DNA from: Candidatus Binatia bacterium
Lineage (GTDB): Bacteria; Desulfobacterota; Binatia; Bin18
DNA length: 64,000 nt
Reading direction: 5' to 3'
Assembly (NCBI GenBank): GCA_963664395.2
Contig: OY761159.2
Location: 96,001-160,000 of the forward strand
Shown: piece by piece, positions 11,733 through 20,699 of the stretch
Numbering within the stretch: position 1 is the stretch's first letter
Layout: the number at the start of each line of letters is the position of its first letter
Translations under genes and position numbers: made by a program
Notes under the pieces: model-generated
The model's input: only the letters and a program-made list of their open reading frames with translations
Databases searched by the model: none
Told to the model about the DNA's origin: nothing

Positions 11733-14700
11733 ATGTTCTTGACACACCTGTGGTGCATGGCAGCCGGACGACCCGCCCCTGTCCGTTCAGATTCTGTCGG
11801 TCCGGGTGCCCTGCGGCAGGCCGTTCGCCCAGGCGGACAGAATCTCGGCGCGGGTCCCGGCAGGTGGGCGCGCGCTCTTCTCTGCGCGAGTGTCCTGCTG
11901 CTCCTCGGCTGGCCCGTCCCCGGCAGCGCCCAGACGACCTGCACCTCGACTAGCACGGCCGTCAGCGGGTTCACCGGTACCTTGGATGCCTTGGTGACAG
12001 ACTGCACCACCTTGCTGGGGCTCAAGGACGAGCTGCGTGGCACGGCGACCCTGGACTGGGCAGAGACTCTCGCCATGTCCTCGTGGGACGGCATTACCGT
12101 CGCAGGAGCCCCACCGCGGGTGACCCGTCTGGTAGTCCCCAATAAGAGCCTCACCGGCGTCATCCCCGCAGCGTTGGGCGACCTCACGAACCTGGCAGAG
12201 TTAACGCTCAACGGGAATGAACTCACCGGCACCATCCCCGCGGAGTTGGGCAAGCTCACGGACCTGGCGACCTTAGGGCTCTACGAAAACCAACTCACCG
12301 GCACCATCCCCGACCGGTTGGGCGCCCTCACGAGCCTGACACAATTATACCTCCACGATAATGAACTCACCGGCGCCATCCCCGCGCAGTTGGGCGCCCT
12401 CATGAACCTGCAACACTTATGGCTCAAGGGGAATGCACTCACCGGCGCCATCCCCGCGGAGTTGGGCGCCCTCATGAACCTGGAACAATTAGACCTCACC
12501 GAAAACCAACTCAGCGGCACCATCCCCGCAGCGTTGGGCGGCCTCATGAACCTGCAACACTTACACCTCGGTTTCAACCAACTCAGCGGCACCATCCCCG
12601 CAGCGTTGGGCGGCCTCATGAACCTGCAATACTTATTGCTCCACGATAATCAACTCACCGGCACCATCCCCACGTGGTTGGGCGCCCTCACGAACCTGGA
12701 ACAATTATACCTCCGCGAGAATCAACTCAGTGGTTCCATCCCCGCAGCGTTGGGCGCCCTCATGAACCTGCAATACTTATGGCTCAACGATAATCAACTC
12801 ACCGGCACCATCCCCGCGCAGTTGGGCGACCTCACGAACCTGGAACAATTATACCTCCACAGGAATGACCTCAGCGGTGCCATCCCCGCGGAGTTGGGCG
12901 CCCTCACGCTCCTGAAAGTGTTATGGCTCAACGAGAATGACCTGACCGGCCCCATCCCTAATGAGTTACAAACTCTCGCCGCCATGGAAGACCTGGACTT
13001 TTCCTTCAATGACCTGAGCGGCCCCATCCCCACGTGGTGGGGCTCCCTTTCCAACCTGCAATACCTCTACCTGCGCTTCACCGGCCTCAGCGGCCCTATC
13101 CCCACCGGGTTGGGCACCCTCACGAACCTGGCAGAGTTACACCTCGCCGCAACGGACTGGACCGAGACGATTCCGCAGGCGTTACTGACTAAGCAGACGA
13201 ATGGCACCCTGAGTTTGTGGACCAATCGGCGGCCCACCCCCCCGGAGGCTGAAGCCCCGGAGGCCGTAGTGGGACATGCGTACCAGTACACGGTGCCCTT
13301 CAGTGACCGAGATCGCGACCCGCTCCTTTTCCGCGCCAGCCAAGCCGGCGCCGGCAGCGCCCTGCCGGGCTGGTTGGCCTTTGACGAGCCGACGGGCACC
13401 CTCAGTGGAACCCCGCCCCGAGTAGGAGAGCGGGTCGCGGTGCAAGTAACCGCCACCGATGAGGACATGTTGGCCGCTGGGGACCTCCCCTGCGACCCCG
13501 ACAGAGACGAGGCCGCTACTGAGATGAACCCTCCCCGGCTGTGCGCCACCGTCACCTTCGAGCTCACCGTTGTCGCGAATCAGCCGCCGGTCGCCCCGGA
13601 ATTGACAGCGATCCTTTTTGAGCCGGGGCCGCACGTGTATCCGGTGACCTTCGAGGACGAGGGGGAAGTGACCTTCCAGGTCGCGCCGGCCGCGGGGCAG
13701 GCGCTGCCTGAGTGGCTTGAGTGGAGACCGGAAAGCCCCGGCGGTTTTTTTCAGGAAACATTGTGGTTCTTTATAGACGACACGGCTGTCAACCCAGCGG
13801 GAGGCTCCTGTGTGGTGGTGACGGCCACCGACCAGGGCGGCCTCAGCGCGTCGGTCGTCTTCGCCGCTCTCCTTGCCGCCGACCAAGGCGAGAACCCCTG
13901 CTTGGGAGTAGTGCCACCACCGCCTGGTGGCGGTGACGGTGGTGACGGTGGTGACGGTGGTGGCGGTGGTGACCGGTGGTGGCGGTGGTGGCGGTGGTGG
14001 CGGTGGTGGCGGTGGTGGCGGTGGTGGCGGTGGTGGCGGTGGTGGCGGTGGTGGCGGCGGTGGCGGTGGTGGCGGTGGTGGCGGTGGTGGCGGTGGTGGC
14101 GGTGGTGGCGGTGGTGGTCTCAGCAGTGACGACCACGGTAACACGGCTGCCCAGGCGACCCCCGTCCCCCTGGACTCCACCCGCATGTCCTCCACGACCG
14201 GCCAGCTCAATCCGGCGACCGACGTAGATTACTTCACCGTGGCCGTGCCCTACGCCGGCGTCTTGGTCGTCGAGACGACCGGCTCGACCGCTACCGTAGG
14301 CACGATATGGCAAGACGGCGAGGAACTGGCGAGTGCGGAGAGTGGCGGGGCGGGGCAGAACTTCCGACTCAGCGTGCGGGTCCAGGCCGCGCCGGTGGTG
14401 ATTGCCGTGCAGGGCAATGGGCAGCAGACTGGGGCGTACACGCTCCAGACGACCCTCATCGTGGGGTATCTGGAGAATCCGGGGGCGGCGTCCTTTCAGA
14501 GCGGCATCGGCGTCCTCTCGGGCTGGGTGTGCGAGGCCGACGCCGTGGAGATTGCGTTGAACGGCGTGCGGCAGCGGGCCGCGTATGGGACGGAGCGGCT
14601 CGATACGGCAGACATCTGCGGCGACACGGACAACGGCTTTGGGCTGTTGTTCAACTGGAACCTGCTGGGCGAGGGGGAGCATGACGTGGTCGCGTTCGTG

Positions 14701-15318
14701 GATGGGGTGGAGTTGAGCCGGACGACGGTGACCGTCACCACGCTGGGCACGGAGTTTCTGCGGGATGTAGCGGGCGCATGTGCGGCCGAGGACTTCCCGA
14801 TGCTGGGCGAGACGGTGACGGTCGCGTGGCAACAGACACAGCAGAACTTTGTGCTTGCCCACGGCCCGGCCCCGACCGGGGAGAGTCGGGCCGGAGCGAT
14901 TGACGTGGGGTTTCTGGAGAATCCGGGGCCGAACTCGTTTCAGAGTGGCATCGGGGTGATTTCAGGCTGGGTGTGTACGGCCGACGAGGTCGAGGTCGCG
15001 ATTGGGGACACCGGGCGGCAGCTCGCTGCCTATGGGACGGAACGGGTAGACACGCTGGATGCGTGTGGCGATACGGACAACGGCTTTGGGTTGTTGTTCA
15101 ACTGGAACCTGTTGGGGGACGGCGAGCATGCGGTGGTCGCTTATGTGGACGGCGAAGAGTTAGGCCGGGCCACGGTGCGGGTGACGACGTTGGGCGTGGA
15201 GTTTCTACGGGGAGCCGAAGGGGAGTGTGTCGTTGAGGACTTCCCGGCTCTGGGGCGGACCGTTACGCTTGAATGGCAACAGAGTCTTCAGAACTTTGTG
15301 ATTACGGATGTGGAGTAG
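11733..15318 (+). CDS. Secreted LRR protein: long signal peptide, 14 plant-type LRRs, He_PIG/Ig-like repeats, poly-Gly linker, PPC-like domain, 2 conserved C-terminal domains; interrupted by a +1 frameshift at ~13974
   Basis: ORFs 11733..14129 and 13927..15318 join if one C is removed from GACCGGT at 13971-13977; LxGxIPxxLGxLxxLxxLxLxxN repeats; LPGWLAFDEPTGTLSGTP; DDHGN...DVDYF. Confidence 0.8.
12150..13157 (+). repeat. 14 x 72-bp LRR-coding tandem repeat
   Basis: Recurring CTCA(C/G)CGGC..CATCCCCGC...GTTGGGC..CCTCA.GAACCTG units. Confidence 0.9.
13926..14118 (+). repeat. GGTGGTGGC/GGTGGTGAC 9-bp microsatellite encoding a poly-Gly linker
   Basis: Directly visible; 48 consecutive Gly codons at 13975-14118. 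Confidence 0.95.
14831..15318 (+). repeat. 488-bp imperfect direct repeat, copy 1 (partner 17333..17820)
   Basis: Both copies start AACAGACACAGCAGAACTTTGTGC and end GTGGAGTAG; same length and colinear. Confidence 0.85.
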
Positions 15319-15322
15319 AAGA

Positions 15323-17173
15323 ATGGGAATTAAAATGTTGTTTACCATCTTGTTTGTTCTGGTCCTTTTCCTGGTTCCCCAGGCGGAAGCTCATGTCGGT
15401 AATCCTTGTTTGGCGTCTGAACATTTGGATGAATCCCATGAATTCTGTTTTATAACAGACGAAGAAGCGGTTGACGTGCCACCGATAACAGAAAAAGTAA
15501 AACCCGCCACCGACCACTTAGACAGTACACGACTTTATGATCAAGAAGGTGACGCGGACCATCGTCATAAAATTCGTGCTATTGGAGTTCCGGGCGAAAA
15601 CTATGACAAGACTCATTTAGAGGATGACGGTCTTGGTACTAGGATAGTTTCTATTCCGGTATTTGATAGGGACTTTAATTCTTCTACTGGGTCTCCAAGC
15701 CCCTGTTATGAAATCAATTCAGACAGACTCGGGACTTTCTATTCCTACACGCATCGAAGAAATCCTCATCCTTTTGCCGACGAGGGAATAACGTACCCGC
15801 CGCTTAATCCGCCACATAATGTGAGCGTCATAGCTGTAGGAGTAGAAATTAAGTGGGATGGTGGTGCAGGTCCAGGATTGGATTATGAGACCGCTTCTGT
15901 CGATGGTGATGGAAATCATTACTATGATTATACTATCACCGCGTGGGACGCAGTTGATGAGGGGCGATCCTGTGAGAACTCAGTAGACCCGGCATGGAAG
16001 TTATCGGAGACTTTTCGTTTATACGTCACTGACGTAGATGAAACGATAAATTATCCCCCGACATTTGATACTCAGATGGACCAAATGGCGGTGTTTGAGA
16101 ATGCCGATCCTGATGTAGAGATATGTTGTTCCATAGTTGATGTTTCTGACAGGGATACCGCGCCCGAGGACTTGGTATACTCGTTACGTGGTGACGACGC
16201 TGATTCTTTTAGAATCACTACCGGCGCTATGTATCCTTCTGGAAACGGTCAACCAAATGGATTTATCTTTGCGACACGAACGTTTGATTACGAGACGAAG
16301 AATAGGTATGAAGTGACGGCTCGTGTAGAAGACCCAGAAGGACTATTCCTTGAACGTAGTTTTACAATACATGTCGTAGACGTAGTGAACGAAGGGTGCG
16401 GTCCTCCTCATTTCCCTGGAAATGGAATTAGTCCATTTGATGTACGGGTTCATTTAAGTAATACAGATTCAAATGGAAACATACGCTCGTATGATGATGG
16501 TAATTGTACTGTGGAGCCCCCGCCAGTAGAAGAGGAAGTAGAAAATACTCCTCCTCCAACAACTGGTAGAACTTCTCCTCCTCTGGTGAGTAATCCTCCT
16601 TCTTCTAGTAATTCAGATGGAGGTGGTGGTGGTGGATCCGGGGGTAATTCAGGCGGTGGAGGCGGAGGGTCCAGTAGTAGTTCAGGAAATGGAAATTCTT
16701 CTTTAACAAATACGACCCCTAACTCTGACGAGGAAACTCAACTGGGACCGGAATCGCCCGTTTATTCTCTGGAGAATCCGGGACCGAATTCCTTTCAAAG
16801 TGGAGTGGGACTCATATCCGGTTGGGTATGTGACGCCGAGGTTGTCGAGATCGAGTTGAATGGTGCGCCGCAGGAGGCGGCGTATGGCACGCTTCGGTCC
16901 GACACGGAAGCTGTCTGTGGCGATATCGACAACGGCTTTGGTCTCTTATTCAACTGGAATCTGTTGGGGGATGGAGAGCATACTATTGTCGCGTTTTCTG
17001 ACGGAGAAGAGTTCGGACGGACTACCTTCACTGTCACTACCCTGGGTCAAGAATTTGTGAGTGACGTTCCCGAAAGGACCGTAACTATTGAAGACTGGCC
17101 AGGATCGGGTGAAACGGTCACGCTTGAATGGCAACAGAGTCTTCAGAACTTTGTGATTACGGATATGGAGTAG
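15323..17173 (+). CDS. Secreted cadherin-domain protein with Pro/Gly/Ser linker and the conserved C-terminal domain; low GC
   Basis: Signal peptide ending AEA; NYPPTF, FDYETKNRYEVTARVEDPEG, VVDVVNE cadherin motifs; ends LENPGPNSFQSG...WQQSLQNFVITDME. Confidence 0.85.
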   Translation: MGIKMLFTILFVLVLFLVPQAEAHVGNPCLASEHLDESHEFCFITDEEAVDVPPITEKVKPATDHLDSTRLYDQEGDADHRHKIRAIGVPGENYDKTHLEDDGLGTRIVSIPVFDRDFNSSTGSPSPCYEINSDRLGTFYSYTHRRNPHPFADEGITYPPLNPPHNVSVIAVGVEIKWDGGAGPGLDYETASVDGDGNHYYDYTITAWDAVDEGRSCENSVDPAWKLSETFRLYVTDVDETINYPPTFDTQMDQMAVFENADPDVEICCSIVDVSDRDTAPEDLVYSLRGDDADSFRITTGAMYPSGNGQPNGFIFATRTFDYETKNRYEVTARVEDPEGLFLERSFTIHVVDVVNEGCGPPHFPGNGISPFDVRVHLSNTDSNGNIRSYDDGNCTVEPPPVEEEVENTPPPTTGRTSPPLVSNPPSSSNSDGGGGGGSGGNSGGGGGGSSSSSGNGNSSLTNTTPNSDEETQLGPESPVYSLENPGPNSFQSGVGLISGWVCDAEVVEIELNGAPQEAAYGTLRSDTEAVCGDIDNGFGLLFNWNLLGDGEHTIVAFSDGEEFGRTTFTVTTLGQEFVSDVPERTVTIEDWPGSGETVTLEWQQSLQNFVITDME

Positions 17174-17177
17174 AAGA

Positions 17178-17332
17178 ATGGGAATTAAAATGTTCTTCAT
17201 TGTTTTCTTAATGATCGTATCTTTTTTGACGCCCTAAGCAGAAGCTCATGTCGGCAACCCCTGTTTGGAGGCGGATTACGCCGATGAAAGTCATACTTGT
17301 TACATAACCGAAGAGGAGAGTTTAGCCGGGGT
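17178..17332 (+). pseudogene. Truncated paralog of the cadherin protein N-terminus
   Basis: MGIKMFFIVFLMIVSFLTP*AEAHVGNPCLEADYADESHTCYITEEE versus MGIKMLFTILFVLVLFLVPQAEAHVGNPCLASEHLDESHEFCFITDEE; TAA at 17235; breaks off at 17333. Confidence 0.8.
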
Positions 17333-17820
17333 AACAGACACAGCAGAACTTTGTGCGTGCCCACGGCCCGGCCCCGACCGGGGAGAGTCGGGTCGGGGTG
17401 CCCGGCGTCGGCACGCTGGAGAATCCGGGGCCGAACTCGTTTCAGAGTGGCATTGGGGTGATCTCGGGCTGGGTGTGTGCGGCCGACGAGGTCAAGGTCG
17501 CGATTGGGGACACCGGGCGGCAGCTCGCTGCCTATGGGACGGAGCGGGTGGATACGCTGGATGCGCGTGGCGATACGGACAACGGCTTTGGGTTGTTGTT
17601 CAACTGGAACCTGTTGGGCGAGGGCGAGCATGAGGTAGTCGCCTTTGTGGACGGCGAAGAGTTAGGCCGGGCCACGGTGCAAGTGACGACGCTGGGCGTG
17701 GAGTTTCTACGGGGGGTTGAAGGGGAGTGTACGGTCAAGGACTTCCCGGCTCTGGGGCAGACGGTCACGTTGGAGTGGCAACAGAATAGTCAGAACTTTG
17801 TGATTACGGCCGTGGAGTAG
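17333..17820 (+). pseudogene. Orphan copy of the conserved C-terminal domain (repeat copy 2)
   Basis: ORF 17353..17820 nearly matches the last domain of the LRR protein; no signal peptide; the conserved Cys of CGDTDNGF is replaced by Arg. Confidence 0.7.
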
Positions 17821-17876
17821 GGGACCGACCCGCCCCCTTGATACCTATATCATTCCCGAAAGGGAGGAGCACGTTT

Positions 17877-18137
17877 ATGGCCCGTGGATTATCTGTACCG
17901 GCAAGAGATCGTCACCTGGCAGACCGTCTTGTGCAAGCGCTCCTGCCCCTCATCGAGGAACGCTTGGCCCACAAATTTGCGGCCTTTGAGCAGAGAATCG
18001 ATGAGCAGGTGCAAGCAGGTGAGAAGCGCAGGGGTCCTCGGTTCGAGGTCTTTTCCGATCTGTACTACCCCCATAGTCAAAGCGGTACACTTTGCTCGGG
18101 CCTTTGGTACACTTTCGCCCCTCACTGGTACAAATAG
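17877..18137 (+). CDS. Small hypothetical protein (possibly a remnant)
   Basis: GGAGGAG RBS before ATG; helical-looking N-terminal half; 3' part runs into an IS-end-like repeat. Confidence 0.35.
   Translation: MARGLSVPARDRHLADRLVQALLPLIEERLAHKFAAFEQRIDEQVQAGEKRRGPRFEVFSDLYYPHSQSGTLCSGLWYTFAPHWYK
18084..18137 (-). mobile_element. Possible orphan IS21-like terminal repeat
   Basis: GGTACACTTT at 18084 and 18106 and GGTACAAAT at 18127 (22/21-bp period); no transposase nearby. Confidence 0.35.
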
Positions 18138-18601
18138 AAAGAGGAATGTCGATGAGTAAGCCTGACCGCCTATCGATAATCAGGAGAACGACCTGTTTAG
18201 TAGAGAGAGGCCGACTCAGTGGCAATGGACTACTGGGTGGTCGCGTCCGACGCTACAATCTCCGTTCTTCTCGGTACAGGACTCTACCCGGTAAGCAACT
18301 CAGTAGACGACGGCCGCTTGCCTGGCTCAAATACGCCGCCCACTGATCCACGAGTGTACGCCAGCGCTCAAATAAGTCTGAGCGCGCATAGGCCGCTTCT
18401 ACCTTGTTTGTTTAATATAGAGGGGAACATCTCGGACCTGCTGAGACCTGCTATCCCAACAAGAGGGATAGACTATCCAGGAACTTCTCTTGTGAAGGGC
18501 TGAAGGCATATGGGGGCGCTTCGTCCGAGAATATCCCTTCTTTTCCTGTCCATACTCCATGACTGCACCCCACTGGAAAAACCGGACAAGGACGCACCGG
18601 C

Positions 18602-19738
18602 ATGAGTGACCAAGATGCACTCGAACGTATCCTGGCGGCGTTACATGACGCCATGCTCGACGATAGCCAGTGGCCGGCCACCTCAGCCCTGATCGATGAA
18701 GCCTGCGGGATGCAGGGCAATGCCCTGCTGGTCCGCAACGGCCCACAGGACAATGCCCGGGTCCTTTTCGTCGGGCTCTATTACCGGGGGGAGCGCCGCG
18801 AGGACTGGGAGCGCGAGTACCTTGAGGTCTACCACTCCCTGGACGAAAGCGTGCCGCGTTTCCGGCAACTGTCCGACAGCCGCGTGGTGCACGTCACCAA
18901 CCTGTACACCGCCGAGGAGTTAAGGACCTCGCCCGCCTATAACGAAGGGTTCGCTCGGGCCAGCATGCAGGATGGCGTGAAGGTGCGTCTGGACGGGCCG
19001 GACGGTTCCCATATCGCCTGGGCGACCGCCGACCCCGTCTCCCCGAACGGTTGGGAGTCCTCGCATCTCACGCTGCTCAAAGCGCTGCTGCCTCACATCC
19101 GGCAATTTGTCCGGGTCCGGCAGACGCTGGTCAAAGCCGAGGCGTTGGGCGCGTCCGTGACCGCCCTGCTCGACACCCCTCGGGTCGGCGTCATCCATCT
19201 GGACCGGGACGGGCGGGTCGTGGAGGCGAATGACCGGGCCCGCGTCCTCCTGCGGCACGGCGATGGGCTGTCGGACCGGGACGGGGTACTGTCCACCCGC
19301 GTGCCGGCCGACCGGGCCCGCCTGGAGCGGCTGGTGGCCGCCGCGCTGCCGACCTCCCGCGCCCCCGCCGTCAGTGGGTCGATGCTGCTCCACCGGACGT
19401 CCACGCTGCCGCCGTTCGTGGTGCACGTCAAACCCGTGCGTGTCCGGCAGCTGGACTTTGGGGCGCGGTACGTCGAGGCGCTAGTGCTGATTACCGAGTC
19501 AGGGTACGTGCCCCGCATCGATCCCGCTCTGGTGGCCAAGACCCTGGGGCTGACGCCAGTGGAGAGCCAGATGGCGGTCTGGTTGGCGGAAGGCCAGACC
19601 GTGCGCGAGATTGCCGGGGCGACGGGGCGCACGGCCGGCTCCGTCTATTGGCACCTGAATCATATCTACCGCAAGCAGGGCCTCTCCCGGCAGGCGGACT
19701 TGGTACGGCGGGTGCTGTCGGTGGCTACGTTCGTCTGA
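18602..19738 (+). CDS. LuxR-type HTH regulator with GAF/PAS-like sensor region (copy 2)
   Basis: Paralog of 10432..11568, also 378 aa; 10388-10652 is identical to 18558-18822. Confidence 0.85.
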   Translation: MSDQDALERILAALHDAMLDDSQWPATSALIDEACGMQGNALLVRNGPQDNARVLFVGLYYRGERREDWEREYLEVYHSLDESVPRFRQLSDSRVVHVTNLYTAEELRTSPAYNEGFARASMQDGVKVRLDGPDGSHIAWATADPVSPNGWESSHLTLLKALLPHIRQFVRVRQTLVKAEALGASVTALLDTPRVGVIHLDRDGRVVEANDRARVLLRHGDGLSDRDGVLSTRVPADRARLERLVAAALPTSRAPAVSGSMLLHRTSTLPPFVVHVKPVRVRQLDFGARYVEALVLITESGYVPRIDPALVAKTLGLTPVESQMAVWLAEGQTVREIAGATGRTAGSVYWHLNHIYRKQGLSRQADLVRRVLSVATFV

Positions 19739-19758
19739 CCCCCGGGCGGGGGAATTTT

Positions 19759-19802
19759 TCTATAATTTTATAGGCGACAGGGGCCGCGGAATTGCGTATA
19801 GG
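19759..19802 (+). promoter_or_regulatory. Palindromic operator copy C plus putative -10
   Basis: CTATAA-TT-TTATAG then GCGACAGGGG; TATAGG at 19797. Confidence 0.75.
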
Positions 19803-19940
19803 AACCTTTCCTCAGACGCCGGCGGGCGGAGAGGTGGTAGGAAGAGGAGAAGCCTCACATGTTCTTAACCAGCCTGTGGTGCACGGCCGCATTACAAGGT
19901 GGGACGGCCTTGGCCGTCGCCGGCGCGGAAGGCGGAGGGC

Positions 19941-20555
19941 GTGACGACCCGACTCTCGAACGCTGAACGCTCTCACCGGACCCGGCGCGCCCTGCTTGAC
20001 GTGGGTCGGGCGTTGTTTGCCGACGTGGGCTATGCCCGCACCACGACGGAAGAGCTTGTCCGGCGGGCGGGCGTGACCCGCGGGGCGTTGTACTATCACT
20101 TTCCCGACAAAACCGCGCTCTTCGAAGCCGTGTTTGAGGAAGTCCACCAGGAATGCCTCCAAGCGATGAGCACAGGCATGGAGACGGCTGAGGGCGACCC
20201 GTGGGAACGGTTTATGGCGAGTCTGCGGGTGTTGATTGCACAGCTTGGACGCCCGGACGTCCAGCGTATTGTCGTTGATGGTCCGGCGATCCGGGGTTGG
20301 TCCAGCACACGACAGGGGCCGCTGGGTCCGCAGAGCCTGCGTGCCGTTTGTGAGCAGTTGGTCGCCGAGGGGGTGATTACACCCCTGCCACTCGATCCCC
20401 TGTGCCGCCTGGTGTGGACGGCCTGCTCCGAGGCGGCGCTCCACATTGCCCAGCCCGAGACGAGCGGTGGGGACCAGCAGGAAATGATCGCCACGCTGAT
20501 GTGTCTGCTCGGCAGACTGCGGTGCAAGCAGGAGGCTGGGGACAGGCAGGAGTGA
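19941..20555 (+). CDS. TetR-family transcriptional regulator
   Basis: TRRALLDVGRALFADVGYARTTTEELVRRAGVTRGALYYHFPDK; GTG start after GGAGG. Confidence 0.92.
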   Translation: MTTRLSNAERSHRTRRALLDVGRALFADVGYARTTTEELVRRAGVTRGALYYHFPDKTALFEAVFEEVHQECLQAMSTGMETAEGDPWERFMASLRVLIAQLGRPDVQRIVVDGPAIRGWSSTRQGPLGPQSLRAVCEQLVAEGVITPLPLDPLCRLVWTACSEAALHIAQPETSGGDQQEMIATLMCLLGRLRCKQEAGDRQE

Positions 20556-20699
20556 CGCACATGGGCCGGTGGGGGTCGCGTATGCCTAGCCTCTCTCTCC
20601 GAGAGAAGCGGCGACGAGAATTTTGGTAGGGCTCTCGCAAGTCGAATAGATTCGAAGGTGGCGAAGAGGGTCAGCGTATTTCGGGGTGGGAATCTCATT

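Noticed and set aside
12150-14118. CRISPR array
   Set aside because: The repeats are in-frame coding tandem units without unique spacers; no cas genes.
13974-14129. Trp/Arg-rich (WWR)n antimicrobial-like tail, and poly-Pro/Thr/Val ORFs in other frames
   Set aside because: These are alternative-frame readings of the poly-Gly microsatellite; the other family members have Gly linkers at this position.
14831-17820. Diversity-generating retroelement TR/VR pair
   Set aside because: Differences between the repeat copies are not adenine-specific (many C/T and G/C changes, often at third positions), and there is no reverse transcriptase in the window.
10432-19738. AHL quorum-sensing circuit
   Set aside because: No luxI-like synthase in the window, and the 378-aa regulators have a GAF/PAS-like layout rather than the ~240-aa autoinducer-binding layout.
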